Assembly (NCBI GenBank): GCA_963796055.1
Contig: CAWCKH010000004.1
Coordinates: forward strand, 2,848,001 to 2,912,000
From: an uncultured delta proteobacterium
Lineage (GTDB): Bacteria > Myxococcota > Myxococcia > Myxococcales > Myxococcaceae
Direction of reading: 5' to 3'
Length of the DNA stretch: 64,000 bases
The notes below the pieces were generated by a model, which had not been told where the DNA came from, did no database searches, and saw nothing but the letters and a program-made list of their open reading frames with translations. The position numbers were made by a program, and so were the translations under genes. This document shows positions 12,075 through 22,668 of this stretch, one piece after another. Within the stretch, counting starts at the first letter, position 1; each line of letters opens with the position of its first letter.

Positions 12075-14029
12075 TGCCCTCGGCAGCGCTCGAGGAGAAG
12101 CTGGAGCGGCTCCCCACCGCCCCTGGCGTCTACCTCATGAAGGACGCCCGGGGAGAGGTCATCTACGTCGGCAAGGCGGTGAACCTCCGCTCCCGCGTAC
12201 GCTCGTACTTCGGGCGGAGCAGCGACACCCGGGCCTTCATCCCCTTCCTCGATTCGTGGCTCGCCGACGTGGACACGGTGGTGGTGAGCAACGAGAAGGA
12301 GGCGCTCCTCCTCGAGAACGAGCTCATCAAGCGGCACCAGCCGCGGTTCAACGTCCTCCTCAAGGACGACAAGAACTTCATCTGCCTGCGGCTGGACCCG
12401 GGCGGCGAGTGGCCACGGCTGGAGGTGGTGCGCCGGTTCAAGCGCGACGGGGCGATGTACTTCGGTCCCTACGCGAGCGCGAGCAGCATCCGGGAGACCT
12501 TGCGGATCATCAATCGCTACTTCCAGCTGCGGACCTGCTCGGACCACGTGCTCCACCACCGGAAGCGGCCCTGCCTTCTGTACCAGATCGGCCGATGCCC
12601 GGCGCCGTGCGTGTACGACGTCTCGCAGCAGGAGTACGCCGAATCGGTCCGGGAGGTGGCGCTGTTCCTGGAAGGGAAGGGTGGGGAGCTGCTCGGTGCG
12701 CTCCGGGCGCGGATGAAGGCGGCTGCGGACGCCCTCCGCTTCGAGCAGGCGGCGCGGCTCCGCGACCAGCTCTTCGCCATCGAGCGATCGCTGGAGCGGC
12801 AGAAGGTCGCCACCACCGAGCCCATCGACCAGGACGTGTTCGGCTACCACCGCGAGGCGGACCGGCTGGTGGTCTACGTCCTGTACGTCCGGCAGGGGCG
12901 GCTCAACGGCGGCCAGGCCTTCCCGTTCACCGGGCAGGAGTTCCCGGACGAGGAGCTCATCGGGAGCTTCGTCAACCTCTACTACGGCGAGGACAACGTG
13001 CTGCCGGACGAGGTGCTGCTCCCGCTCCGGCCGGAAGGCGGCGTGGAGCCGCTGGCCGAGCTTCTCACCGAGAAGCGTGGACGCCGCGTGCGGGTGGTGG
13101 TGCCCCAGCGGGGCGAGAAGCTGCGGCTGGTGGAGATGAGCGCGGCCAACGCCCGGCAGGCGCTGCTCGACCAGCGGCGGAGCAAGGACGAGCTGGAGAA
13201 GGTCCTGGATCGCCTCGAGGACCGACTCCACCTCACGGCGTTGCCCCGCCGGATGGAGTGCTTCGACATCTCACACTTCCAGGGCAGCAGCATCGTGGCC
13301 AGCCAGGTGGCGATGACCGAGGGCGAGCTGGACCGGTCGCGCTACCGGCGCTTCCGGATCAAGAGCGTGCAGGCGCAGGACGACTTCGCCTCGATGTACG
13401 AGGTGGTGAGCCGGCGGCTGCGGCGGGGGCAGGAGGCGGGCGATCTCCCGGACCTCCTGGTCATCGACGGCGGGAAGGGGCAGCTGGCCTCGGCGCGGGC
13501 GGCGATGAAGGACGTCGGGGTCAGGGTCGACGTGGTCGGGCTGGCCAAGTCCCGCGAGCTGGACTCGGATGACCAGGCCGGCGCGGTGGCCCGGAGCCCC
13601 GAGCGGGTCTTCCTGGTGGACCGGAGGGACCCCATCGTGCTGCCGCAAAACTCCCCCGAGCTGTTCCTCCTGGTGCGGCTCCGCGACGAGGCGCACCGCT
13701 TCGCCATCACCTACCAGCAGAAGCTGATGCGCCGGCGGAATTTCAAGAGCGTGCTGGAGGACGTCCCCGGCGTGGGCGAGGGCCGGAAGAAGGCTCTGCT
13801 CCGGGCCTTCGGGTCGCTCAAGCGCATCCGGGAGGCGAGCATCGAGGAGCTGGCCTCCGAGGCCGGGGTGGGGACGACGCTTGCCGAGCGGATCCACGCC
13901 CATCTGCACGCCACCGACGCCGAGCTGCGCCGGGAGGTGGCCGAGGGACAGGTGGACGGGGACGCCGTTCGTGAAGCCTCGCTGGAAGACGCTGCGGCGG
14001 CCGAATCGTCCCCCGGACGCGGTGCCTGA
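12074..14029 (+). CDS. uvrC: Excinuclease ABC subunit C
   Basis: ATG overlaps the uvrB stop (TGATG). GIY-YIG (GVYLM...YVGKA), [28 protein letters not shown], HhH (VPGVGEGRK). Confidence 0.98.
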   Translation: MPSAALEEKLERLPTAPGVYLMKDARGEVIYVGKAVNLRSRVRSYFGRSSDTRAFIPFLDSWLADVDTVVVSNEKEALLLENELIKRHQPRFNVLLKDDKNFICLRLDPGGEWPRLEVVRRFKRDGAMYFGPYASASSIRETLRIINRYFQLRTCSDHVLHHRKRPCLLYQIGRCPAPCVYDVSQQEYAESVREVALFLEGKGGELLGALRARMKAAADALRFEQAARLRDQLFAIERSLERQKVATTEPIDQDVFGYHREADRLVVYVLYVRQGRLNGGQAFPFTGQEFPDEELIGSFVNLYYGEDNVLPDEVLLPLRPEGGVEPLAELLTEKRGRRVRVVVPQRGEKLRLVEMSAANARQALLDQRRSKDELEKVLDRLEDRLHLTALPRRMECFDISHFQGSSIVASQVAMTEGELDRSRYRRFRIKSVQAQDDFASMYEVVSRRLRRGQEAGDLPDLLVIDGGKGQLASARAAMKDVGVRVDVVGLAKSRELDSDDQAGAVARSPERVFLVDRRDPIVLPQNSPELFLLVRLRDEAHRFAITYQQKLMRRRNFKSVLEDVPGVGEGRKKALLRAFGSLKRIREASIEELASEAGVGTTLAERIHAHLHATDAELRREVAEGQVDGDAVREASLEDAAAAESSPGRGA

Positions 14030-14062
14030 GGGCTACGCTGCTGCGGAGGCCGGAGGTATCGC

Positions 14063-14596
14063 GTGCGACTTGCCCCGAGGGTCATTCCCGCCATTTCTCG
14101 CGAAACGATCCAACAGCTGATGCAGGATGGGGACATCGAGGTCGAGCCGATGCGCGTCGCCGACGCGGAGATGGACCTCTCGGCCATCATGCGCGAGTAC
14201 CTCACCAACGAGGAGCGGGTGAATCAGGCGACCCGCGAGGCCCTGGAGCGCCGGGGTTACGACCAGAGCAGGTTCGACCAGGTAAGGCGGGAGATGGCCG
14301 ACGCCCGCGGCTTCAAGATGGGCGACGAGGGCGTCGCGCACGTGGTCAACCAGATGATCGAGTTCCTCCTCCTCAGCCGCAACGTCGAGGAGGTCTTCGC
14401 CGGCGACGACGTCCTCCGCCCGAAAGTCCTCGCGGTGATGAAGAAGTACCTAGACCTCGAGGAGAGGCCGCCCCCCGGCCACTCGGGTGGGATGCCGACC
14501 GAGGCCCGCGTGTCGGATGCGCCGCCGCGCCCCCAGCCCCCGGAGGACCCGGATCGGCGCGAGCCGCACGCCACGGACGGAAGCGACGTCCACTGA
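14063..14596 (+). CDS. DUF507-like protein, paralogue 1 (divergent Pro-rich C-terminus)
   Basis: First ~130 aa nearly collinear with the neighbouring ORF 14770..15288; family name from recall. Confidence 0.7.
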   Translation: MRLAPRVIPAISRETIQQLMQDGDIEVEPMRVADAEMDLSAIMREYLTNEERVNQATREALERRGYDQSRFDQVRREMADARGFKMGDEGVAHVVNQMIEFLLLSRNVEEVFAGDDVLRPKVLAVMKKYLDLEERPPPGHSGGMPTEARVSDAPPRPQPPEDPDRREPHATDGSDVH

Positions 14597-14769
14597 AGGG
14601 CGGGCGGTCGCTCCCGGGCCCAGTTGGTCGCCCGGCCGCCTGCTGATGCGCGCGAAAAAAGTCCCTGATTTCGTTGCGGCGCGGACCCCGCCCTGATGTA
14701 TAGCGGGGGCTTCCACGAGCGACGCCGGCAGTCAATCTTCGGGGGCACCGCCGGTACCCAGGAAGGCTT

Positions 14770-15288
14770 ATGAGGCTTTATCCCAAGGTGATTCCCGTCA
14801 TCTCCCGCGAGACGATCCAGCTGCTGATGCAGGACGGGGACATCGAGGTCGAGCCGATGCGGATCGCCGACGCCGAGATGGACCTCTCGGCCATCATGCG
14901 TGAGTACCTCACCAACGAGGAGCGCGTGAACCAGGCAACCAGGGAGGCGCTCGAGCGCCGGGGCTACGACTACAGCAAGTTCAACCAGGTGAAGCGCGAG
15001 ATGGCGGACGTCCGCGGCTTCAAGATGGGCGACGAGGGGATCGAATACGTCATCAACCAGATGATCGAGTTCCTTCTCATCAGCCGGAACGTCGAGGAGG
15101 TCTTCGCCGCCGACAACGTGCTCCGGCAGAAGATCTTCGCGGTGATGAAGAAGCACCTCGACGTGGACGAGGAGATCGATCGCGAGGCCCGTGCCCGACT
15201 GAAGCACCTGCAGGAAGGCACCAGCGCCTTCGACATCGAGTACAACAAGACGGTCGAGCAGATCCGCCGCGCCCGCGGGCTGATCTGA
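14770..15288 (+). CDS. DUF507-like protein, paralogue 2 (full length)
   Basis: MRLYPKVIPVISRETIQ...FDIEYNKTVEQIRRARGLI; family name from recall. Confidence 0.8.
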   Translation: MRLYPKVIPVISRETIQLLMQDGDIEVEPMRIADAEMDLSAIMREYLTNEERVNQATREALERRGYDYSKFNQVKREMADVRGFKMGDEGIEYVINQMIEFLLISRNVEEVFAADNVLRQKIFAVMKKHLDVDEEIDREARARLKHLQEGTSAFDIEYNKTVEQIRRARGLI

Positions 15289-15387
15289 CGCGCGGGCGCT
15301 CCGGCCCGGCGAGCGCGCAGACCCCCCTGGCACGCACCTCCCCCGACATGGCTTCCCGCGCCGCTGCCGGAATCTCCCGCGCCCGAC

Positions 15388-15834
15388 GTGCGGGTGCGCG
15401 CGAGCGTCCGCGGTTCACCGCGCGCGACTCGAAAATTGACCCGTCAGGCCAGCCGTCTACCGTTCGCCTCCGTGTCCAGCTCCGAGCTCGCGCCCTCGAT
15501 CTCTCCCGGAAATTCTCTCGAGTCGCTCTCGCGGACCGCGGGTGATGCGCTCCGCCGCGCCCTGGCCTCCTCGGCCATCGGCGGCGTGCTCTCCACGCAG
15601 GTCGAGGAGGATCTGCGCTCGGCGCTGACCGGTCTCGAGGCGCTGCACGCCCACCTCGAGGATCTCGTGTCCACGCTTCTCGAGCCGCGCCCCACGCCGC
15701 TCGCCCTGGTCGAGGCGGCGGACGATGCCCGCGCCCAGGCCGCGCTGCTCTCGCTGGAGGAGACGCTGACCTCGCTCCGCCGCCGGCTGGGTCAGGCCGC
15801 GGCGCAGCTCCGGGTCCGGCCCGAGCCGGCGTAG
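15388..15834 (+). CDS. Hypothetical alpha-helical protein
   Basis: Coding-like codon bias in the 3' two-thirds; start uncertain. Confidence 0.5.
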   Translation: MRVRASVRGSPRATRKLTRQASRLPFASVSSSELAPSISPGNSLESLSRTAGDALRRALASSAIGGVLSTQVEEDLRSALTGLEALHAHLEDLVSTLLEPRPTPLALVEAADDARAQAALLSLEETLTSLRRRLGQAAAQLRVRPEPA

Positions 15835-15838
15835 CAGC

Positions 15839-17170
15839 TTACAGACCGGCGAACGACAGCCCCAGCCGGGCCAGGCCCCCGACCACCAGCAGCCACGCGG
15901 GGTTCAGATCGAAGCGCACCGCGGTGAGGGCGGTCGCCGCGGCGATGCCCACCTCGACCTTCGCGTCGAAGCTCCCGCCCAGGGTGATGGCCGCCCCCGC
16001 CATCAGCCCCACCACCGCCGGAGTGAGCCCGCGCAGCGCCGCGCGCACCCAGCGCCGCGAGCGGACGCGATCGAGCCAGGTCCCGAGCAGCCCCACCAGT
16101 GCGAACGGCCCTGAGAAGATGGCCACCGTGGCCACCACGGCCCCCAGCCAGCCGTGCTGCAGGTACCCGATGAAGGTTGCCATCAGGAGCACCGGGCCGG
16201 GGGTGATCTTCGCGATGGCCACCGCATCGGCGAACTGGCGATCGGTGATCCAGTTGTGGATGTGCACCATCTGCCGCAGGTGGGGGATGATCGCGAACCC
16301 GCCGCCGTACGCGCCGAGCCCGGTGCGGAAGTACACCACCGCCATCTCGATGAGCTTGGCGTCGAGCCCGGTGGCGTGTACCACCGCGGCGACCGTCCCC
16401 AGGGTTCCGATCAGCAGCGGGGTGTGGAGGGTGGTGGACTCGGTGGACGGAGCCGACGGCGGAGCGGAGGGGCGGTCGGTGTGCCGCGGCGGATCCAGCG
16501 GCGTGCCTTCCTCGGGCAGCGCCACCGGTGGCCGCCGCGTGACGAGCCCGCGCGCCCGGGCCAGCGCCCGCCGCGCGCCGAGGTCGACGGCAAGCCCGGA
16601 GCAGATGGCCAGCAGCACCACCTCGGCGGGGGAGGCGCTCCCCAGCACCGAGAGCAGCAACGCGCCCGCGGCGACGCCCATCTGCCACAGCTGGTTCACC
16701 CCGGTACGGACCATCTTCAGGGTGATGGCGCAGATGATGCCCACCACCGCGGCGTTGAAGCCCGCCAGCAGCCGGTCCGCGGACGGCACGGTCCCGAAGC
16801 GCACGTACACCCAGGAGAGCACCCCCACCGCCAGCGCTCCGGGAAGCACGAAGCCCACGTATCCGGCCAGCGCTCCGGCCCAGCCGCCGAAGCGCATCCC
16901 GATGTAGGCCAGCGCATTCGCCGCGGCCCCGCCCGGCAGCATCTGCGACACGGTCATGGTGTTGGAGAACTCACGCTCGGTGAGCCAGCCGCGCTTCTTC
17001 ACCACCTCGCCGTCGATCTGCGACAGCACGCTGATGCCGCCCCCGAACCCCACGCAGCCCAGCCAGAACGCGGTGGTGAACAGGTCTCGGTGGGAAGGAC
17101 GTTCGCGGGCTGTGGAGCGCGCGGTGGCCCGACGGAGCCACTCCGCGGTGCTGCCGAGGACACTGCTCAT
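15839..17170 (-). CDS. chrA: Chromate efflux transporter (CHR family, long chain)
   Basis: Two homologous halves with GFGGG/AYGGG and SQMLPG/AKITPGP motifs; ATG at 17170. Confidence 0.9.
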   Translation of the reverse strand: MSSVLGSTAEWLRRATARSTARERPSHRDLFTTAFWLGCVGFGGGISVLSQIDGEVVKKRGWLTEREFSNTMTVSQMLPGGAAANALAYIGMRFGGWAGALAGYVGFVLPGALAVGVLSWVYVRFGTVPSADRLLAGFNAAVVGIICAITLKMVRTGVNQLWQMGVAAGALLLSVLGSASPAEVVLLAICSGLAVDLGARRALARARGLVTRRPPVALPEEGTPLDPPRHTDRPSAPPSAPSTESTTLHTPLLIGTLGTVAAVVHATGLDAKLIEMAVVYFRTGLGAYGGGFAIIPHLRQMVHIHNWITDRQFADAVAIAKITPGPVLLMATFIGYLQHGWLGAVVATVAIFSGPFALVGLLGTWLDRVRSRRWVRAALRGLTPAVVGLMAGAAITLGGSFDAKVEVGIAAATALTAVRFDLNPAWLLVVGGLARLGLSFAGL

Positions 17171-17186
17171 GGGAGCACCGACGACT

Positions 17187-18911
17187 CTAGCGCGCCCGGG
17201 ATTCTGTGCGAGTCCCGGCCGGAGCACCGTCCCTGGCTGGACGGTTGCCGGGCGGAGCGTCCGAGGCTGCAAGATCGAGCAGTGCATCATGGACCTCCGT
17301 CCAGGTCGCACCGTCCTCGGTGATCTCCCACCCGCTCCGGGCAAGCCGCCGCCCGAGCGCCTCGGCTGCCGCCCGACCACGCCGCGCGGCGACGAGGGTG
17401 AGCAGCTCGTAGTCCTCGAGCCCATCGCGCACCGTCTTCAGCCGGAGCGAGGGGACGAGCAGGGGCGCCTCGTCCCCCACCTGCGCGCGCGTGCCGGGAT
17501 AAAAAAAGGTTCCGTCCCCGTTGCCACCGAAGCGCCACACGTCACGCCACGGCTGACCGTCCTTCTCCCAGGCCGTCAAGGTGTCGAAGTACAGCTCGCC
17601 GTCGATCCGCTCCAGAAAGGCGAGGACTCCCATTGCGCGGTTCCGCGGACCGGAGTGGTCGATCATGTACGACGCCCACCCGGTCATCGAGGCCGCGAGC
17701 TTCCGGTCCTGGGGTGGCCCGTCACAACCGTGCGTCATGCAGCTCTGGTACCACCACAGCTGCTTGCCCGGGGGGAGGCGTGGCCGGACGCCGGACACCG
17801 GCTGCGCACCGGGGCAGAGCGGGCGCCCCGGACGCGGGAAGAGGCACACCAGCACCGGGGCGACGATGTCCGCCGCGTCCCACAGGCTGGAGCGGAACGA
17901 GGTCACGAGGATCGGCAGGTTGCCGACGGCGTGGGTGAGCGCCGACTGTGCCCGAACCAGCGCGTCATCGGCCGGCGCTGGCTCGTCCTTCGCGTAGTAC
18001 CAGAGGAGCTGTGGCCACCCTCGCGCGGCGAAGTGGGCCTGCCAGGCGCGGAAGTAGGCGACGCGCTCGGCGCGGCTGAGTCGCGGGTCGTCGCGGACCT
18101 CGGCGGTGGTGAAGCGTGCCCCGGACGGCAGCGCGGTGCCGCCGAGCACGTCCGCCATCTCGGCGTCGTATCCGCCGAAGTCCACCACCCGCGTGCTACC
18201 GGGCCCGGGCCGCGACGGCAACGGGTCGATGCCCATCTGGAAACCGCTCAGCCGGTGCTCGAGCAGGGCGCGACCGGCGGCCCGGAGCAGCGCCACGCCC
18301 TCCGGCGAGTCCCGGGGCACGCCGAAGCCGTGCGCCAGCACGTACACCCCGAGGCCCCAGGTGTTCTTCAAGGTGGAGGTCGCCGGGATGTTCACCGGGG
18401 CGACGGCGAGCTCGAGCGGCAAGGTCGCGCCAGGGCCCTCCCGGAAGGTCACCGCGAGCTGACCCCGGTAGCCCCCGGGCTCCACCCCGGCCGGGACGCA
18501 GGCCTCGAGATAGAGCACCAGCGGCCGCTCCGCGGTCGAGCGCGCCGGGAGGACGGCCGGGTTCGTGCCGCCGCGGGCGCGGTGCACGGGGAGCAGTGGA
18601 TCCGGCCACGGACCGGCTGCCCCCCCGCCTTCCGTCGACCGGGTGAGCTCCATCCAGACCTCGCGATAGACGCGTACGCGGAGCTCGTCGGCTGCGGGCC
18701 CGCGCAGCGGCGCGACCTCGGCCGACAGGACCTCGGCCGGGGGCGCGACGTAGATCTGGAGTCCCTCGCACTCGCCGCGCGCGGCCCTGAGCTTTGCCGC
18801 CCCGAGCACCTCGAGCGGGCGCCCGGGCCGTACCTTGGCCAGCGCCGGCACCGGGACCAGCCGGGGAGGCGCGACGAGCGCGACGAGCACGAGGACGGGG
18901 AGCGGGGACAC
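17187..18911 (-). CDS. Secreted glycoside-hydrolase-like protein with C-terminal DUF4091
   Basis: Signal peptide; ARGECEG, WPDPLLP, YAKDEP, GNGDGTFFYPG, SLRLKTVRDGLEDYE typical of DUF4091/GH123-like proteins. Confidence 0.75.
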   Translation of the reverse strand: MSPLPVLVLVALVAPPRLVPVPALAKVRPGRPLEVLGAAKLRAARGECEGLQIYVAPPAEVLSAEVAPLRGPAADELRVRVYREVWMELTRSTEGGGAAGPWPDPLLPVHRARGGTNPAVLPARSTAERPLVLYLEACVPAGVEPGGYRGQLAVTFREGPGATLPLELAVAPVNIPATSTLKNTWGLGVYVLAHGFGVPRDSPEGVALLRAAGRALLEHRLSGFQMGIDPLPSRPGPGSTRVVDFGGYDAEMADVLGGTALPSGARFTTAEVRDDPRLSRAERVAYFRAWQAHFAARGWPQLLWYYAKDEPAPADDALVRAQSALTHAVGNLPILVTSFRSSLWDAADIVAPVLVCLFPRPGRPLCPGAQPVSGVRPRLPPGKQLWWYQSCMTHGCDGPPQDRKLAASMTGWASYMIDHSGPRNRAMGVLAFLERIDGELYFDTLTAWEKDGQPWRDVWRFGGNGDGTFFYPGTRAQVGDEAPLLVPSLRLKTVRDGLEDYELLTLVAARRGRAAAEALGRRLARSGWEITEDGATWTEVHDALLDLAASDAPPGNRPARDGAPAGTRTESRAR

Positions 18912-18924
18912 GCCGGAGGCGTGT

Positions 18925-19680
18925 CTAGCGGCCGCGGGCGAGCGTGGAGAGGTCGATCAGGCGACCGGGCTTGTATTCCGTCCACTCGGCGACGACTGGT
19001 CCGAGCGCAAAGTCCGCCTCCATTCGCATCGGGACGTGGGCGTCGTCGTCGCTGAACCAGATGTGCAAGGTGCGGGCGGAGAGCTTGCCGGAGAACTCGG
19101 TCCGGAGCCGCACCCGGACGGCCTGCCTCTCGCCGAGCGGGGTCTCCACCGGCCCGCGGCCCTCGACCTGGGCAATGCCCCTGAACAGCTTCGAGCCGGT
19201 GAAGATGGGGATGGACAGTTCGTCGCCATCCTGGAGCCGGGCGGTGCGGATGAGGAACACCGCCGAGGCGACGTCGACCGCGCCGGGCGGCACCTCGACC
19301 TGCGCCTCGCGGGGGGACTCGCCCTCGGTCTGGCGGAAGACGTGGGCCTTCCCCGCGCCGGCGTCGAACTCGATCTTCAACCGCCGCCGCTTCCGGTTCT
19401 CGTCGGAGTACATCTCCAGGCCCCGGGAACGACCGCTGGCCGGGTCCCACCAGGAGATGATCTTGTTCCGCATCGGGTAGACGACCAGGTCGCACCGCCC
19501 GTTGGTGACGATGGGAAGGCTGCCGGGTCGCGCGGGGGACTCCGCGCCCACACTGACATCGGCCGTCCCGGCAGGGAGCCCCAGCCAGCTCACCCGGTAG
19601 GTGATCTGCTCCCCCGGACCGAGGGCGCCCGGCGACGAGGTCGGGGCGGCGAGCATCAGGGCGAGGACCACGGCGGACAC
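18925..19680 (-). CDS. DUF3108 domain-containing secreted protein
   Basis: GEQITYRVSWLG, VETPLGE, IWFSDD..HVPMRM; signal peptide after GTG at 19680. Confidence 0.75.
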   Translation of the reverse strand: MSAVVLALMLAAPTSSPGALGPGEQITYRVSWLGLPAGTADVSVGAESPARPGSLPIVTNGRCDLVVYPMRNKIISWWDPASGRSRGLEMYSDENRKRRRLKIEFDAGAGKAHVFRQTEGESPREAQVEVPPGAVDVASAVFLIRTARLQDGDELSIPIFTGSKLFRGIAQVEGRGPVETPLGERQAVRVRLRTEFSGKLSARTLHIWFSDDDAHVPMRMEADFALGPVVAEWTEYKPGRLIDLSTLARGR

Positions 19681-19791
19681 GCAGTGAAGTCTAGCTGCGC
19701 CCGGGGACGGATGCTCGGCCCGCTGCGGCACCGCGCCCTGGCGGGCCGGTGCTCGAGCGCCGGTTCGGCGTAAGCTCCGGTGTGTCCAGCG

Positions 19792-20001
19792 ATGCCGATC
19801 GACAAGAATGCAGAGGAAGAGGATCTGCGCGAGGAGCGCGGGCGGCGGGCGTACACCGACTACGACTGCCCCTCATGCAACGCCAACAATCCCACCGAGA
19901 TGGCGCTCCGGGACGGCGACGAGACGCGGTGCAACTACTGTGGCACCGAGTACAAGGTGCGCATCACCGGCGACGGACGGCTCCGGCTGAAGGAGCTGTA
20001 G
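19792..20001 (+). CDS. Small zinc-ribbon protein (69 aa)
   Basis: CPSC...CNYC motifs; strong coding bias. Confidence 0.7.
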   Translation: MPIDKNAEEEDLREERGRRAYTDYDCPSCNANNPTEMALRDGDETRCNYCGTEYKVRITGDGRLRLKEL

Positions 20002-20005
20002 GTCA

Positions 20006-20209
20006 GGGCGGCCGCAGTCGAGGTCCGGGTCAGGGTATCGCCAGGTGGGCTGCAGTCGGGGGGTCAGTCCGGGCGGCCGCAGTCGAGGTCCGGGTCAGGG
20101 TATCGCCAGGTGGGCTGCAGTCGGCGAGGTCCGGGCGGCCGCAGTCGGGTAGTCCGGGCGGCCGCAGTCGAGGTCCGGGTCAGGGTATCGCCAGGTGGGC
20201 TGCAGTCGG
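20006..20209. repeat. Three identical 54-bp direct repeats between convergent genes
   Basis: GGGCGGCCGCAGTCGAGGTCCGGGTCAGGGTATCGCCAGGTGGGCTGCAGTCGG at 20006-20059, 20071-20124 and 20156-20209, separated by 11 and 31 bp made largely of repeat fragments. Confidence 0.95.
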
Positions 20210-20881
20210 CTAGGCCGGCGTCGGGCGCTCTCCGAAGATGGCGGTCCCCACCCGGACCACCGTCGCCCCCTCCTCGATGGCCACCTCGAAGTCGTGGGTG
20301 CTCCCCATCGACAGGCCGGGCAACCCATGCGCGCGTCCGAGGGCGGCGAGCGCGCGGAAGAGCGGGCGCACCTCGTCCGCGGGGGCGAGCGGGGGCATGG
20401 TCATGAGGCCCACCAGCGCCAGACCGGGCAACGGGCGCACCGCTTCCAGGAGGGGGCCGAGTGCCTCCGGTGCGACGCCGCTCTTCGACGCCTCTCCGGC
20501 CACGTTCACCTCCACGTACACCGCCAGCGGCGTGCCGGTGCGACGACGGGAGAGCTCCTGCGCGACCTCCACCCGGTCGAGCGCATGGAAGACGTGCGCC
20601 GAGCGCGCCACGTACCGCGCCTTGTTGGTCTGCAGCGGGCCGATAGCGTGCCAGCGTAGACCGGGGAGGTCGGAGAGCGCCTCCGCCTTGTCCCGGAGCT
20701 CCTGGGCGTAGTTTTCCCCGAAGGCGCGGGCGCCAGCGGCGTACGCGGCGCGGATGGCTTCGGGTGGCTGCAGCTTGCTGACCGCCACCACCTCCACCGA
20801 CTGCTCGGGACGCCCGGCCCTCGCCGCCGCGGCCCGGACCCGATCCAGCACCGCGCTCCAGCTGGCCGCCACGTCGGTCAT
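20210..20881 (-). CDS. yggS: PLP homeostasis protein (YggS family)
   Basis: [47 protein letters not shown]. Confidence 0.95.
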   Translation of the reverse strand: MTDVAASWSAVLDRVRAAAARAGRPEQSVEVVAVSKLQPPEAIRAAYAAGARAFGENYAQELRDKAEALSDLPGLRWHAIGPLQTNKARYVARSAHVFHALDRVEVAQELSRRRTGTPLAVYVEVNVAGEASKSGVAPEALGPLLEAVRPLPGLALVGLMTMPPLAPADEVRPLFRALAALGRAHGLPGLSMGSTHDFEVAIEEGATVVRVGTAIFGERPTPA

Positions 20882-21459
20882 CGCTGCTCCCAGGGGAGGA
20901 TGTAGCCGGCCTCTCGGAGGAGCGCGAGCGTCTCGACCAAGGGCAGCCCCACCACCGCGCTGTGCGAGCCCTCGATGCGCTCCACCAGGAAGCCGCCGAT
21001 GCCCTGGACGGCGTAGGCCCCTGCCTTGTCCATCGGCTCACCGGTGGAGACGTACCAGCGGAGCGCCGCCTCGGTGGCCCCGGCGAAGGTGACCGCGGCG
21101 GTGACGAGCCGTTCCCCGGCGCCGGCAACGGCCACGGCGGTCAGGACGTGATGGGTGCGGCCGGACAGCGTCCGGAGCATCGCCAGCGCCTCGTCCGCGG
21201 TGGCGGGCTTTCCCAGCACGACCCCCTGGAGCACCACGCTGGTGTCGGCGGCGAGGACCGTGGCGTGGGGATGGCGGGCATGCACCGCCTCGGCCTTGCC
21301 GCGGGCGAGCCGCAGCACGTAGCGCTCCGCCGGTTCTCTCTCTCGAACGCTCTCGTCGATGTGGGCCGGATCCACGCGCAGGGGAATCCCCAGCTGCTCG
21401 AGCAGCACGCGGCGGCGCGGGCTGGCGGAGGCCAGCACCAGGGCGGGGGACGGGGGCAT
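20878..21459 (-). CDS. maf: Maf-family nucleoside triphosphate pyrophosphatase
   Basis: [38 protein letters not shown]. Confidence 0.95.
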   Translation of the reverse strand: MPPSPALVLASASPRRRVLLEQLGIPLRVDPAHIDESVREREPAERYVLRLARGKAEAVHARHPHATVLAADTSVVLQGVVLGKPATADEALAMLRTLSGRTHHVLTAVAVAGAGERLVTAAVTFAGATEAALRWYVSTGEPMDKAGAYAVQGIGGFLVERIEGSHSAVVGLPLVETLALLREAGYILPWEQR

Positions 21460-21585
21460 CGCGCACCCACCTATACCGTACATGGTGTGCGTCCCTGTAC
21501 GATGGCTCCCGAGCCTGGGCGGCGGCAGGAATGGCCGGAGTCCGGTGTTCTGGCCGGACGAACCGGTGAACTGGAGCCCTCGGAG

Positions 21586-22632
21586 ATGAGAGCCACAGAT
21601 CTGCTATCAGCGCTGCGCCGGACGGTGGAGCAGCTCGCCGCGTTCAACGAGCTGGCCAAGGCGCTGACCTCCACGCTCGAGAGCCGGGAGGTTCTGGGGC
21701 TGGTGATGCAGAAGGTGTCGGTGCTGCTCCGGCCGGCCAACTGGTCGTTGCTGCTGCACGACGAGGCCTCCGACAGCCTCTACTTCGAGATCGCGGTGGG
21801 GGCCGGGGCCGACCGGCTGCGCAGCGAGCGCATCACGGTGGGCGAGGGGATCGTGGGGACGGCGTTCCGCAGCGGGAAGCCCCGGCTGGTGGACGACGTG
21901 CGCGTCGCGCCCGACTTCTCGCCCCGTTTCGATGCCCTCACCGACTTCCGGACCGGGTCGGTGCTCGCGGTGCCGCTCATCTTCCGCGGACGGGCGCTGG
22001 GGGTCATCGAGCTGGTGAACGGGGAAGGAGACCCGCGCTTCACCGAGGAGGACCTGGCGGCGGTGATGGCCATCGCCGACTTCGCCGCCATCGCCATCCA
22101 GAACGCCCGCGACTTCCAGCGGGTCCAGGAGCTCACCCTGGTGGACGAGCACACCGGCCTGGGCAACGTGCGCTCGCTGCGGAAGCAGCTCGACGCCGAG
22201 GTGACCCGCGCCCGGAGCCTTGGCCATCCATTGTCGCTGCTCTTCCTCGACCTGGACCACTTCAAGACGGTGAACGACAGCCACGGACACCTGGTGGGCA
22301 GCGCGCTGCTCCGCGAGGTAGGAGGGCTGCTGCGCGAGGAGCTGCGCCCGGTGGACGCGGCGTTTCGCTACGGCGGAGACGAGTTCGCGGTGATGCTGGT
22401 CGAGGTGGATACCCGCAGTGCGGTGCAGACCGCGGAGCGGCTGCTGGGGCGCTTTCGTATGCACCGCTTCGGCAAGCCCTCCGGTCTGGACCTGAGGGTG
22501 ACGGCCAGCGTGGGGATTGCCGCCTGTCCCGAGCACGCCTCGCAGTCCACCGAGCTCATCGAGGCCGCCGACCGGGCGATGTACCTGGTGAAGGCGCGCG
22601 GCCGGGACGGGCTCGCGGTCGCGCCCGGCTGA
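21586..22632 (+). CDS. GAF + GGDEF diguanylate cyclase
   Basis: GAF domain, then [14 protein letters not shown]-site RPVD and intact RYGGDEF. Confidence 0.92.
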   Translation: MRATDLLSALRRTVEQLAAFNELAKALTSTLESREVLGLVMQKVSVLLRPANWSLLLHDEASDSLYFEIAVGAGADRLRSERITVGEGIVGTAFRSGKPRLVDDVRVAPDFSPRFDALTDFRTGSVLAVPLIFRGRALGVIELVNGEGDPRFTEEDLAAVMAIADFAAIAIQNARDFQRVQELTLVDEHTGLGNVRSLRKQLDAEVTRARSLGHPLSLLFLDLDHFKTVNDSHGHLVGSALLREVGGLLREELRPVDAAFRYGGDEFAVMLVEVDTRSAVQTAERLLGRFRMHRFGKPSGLDLRVTASVGIAACPEHASQSTELIEAADRAMYLVKARGRDGLAVAPG

Positions 22633-22668
22633 GCCGTCGCAGGCGCCTCCGAGGCCGGTGGCGCCGAC

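Noticed and set aside
20006..20209. 54-bp repeats as a mini-CRISPR
   Set aside because: Repeat is long, linkers are unequal (11 and 31 bp) and made of repeat fragments; no leader or cas genes.
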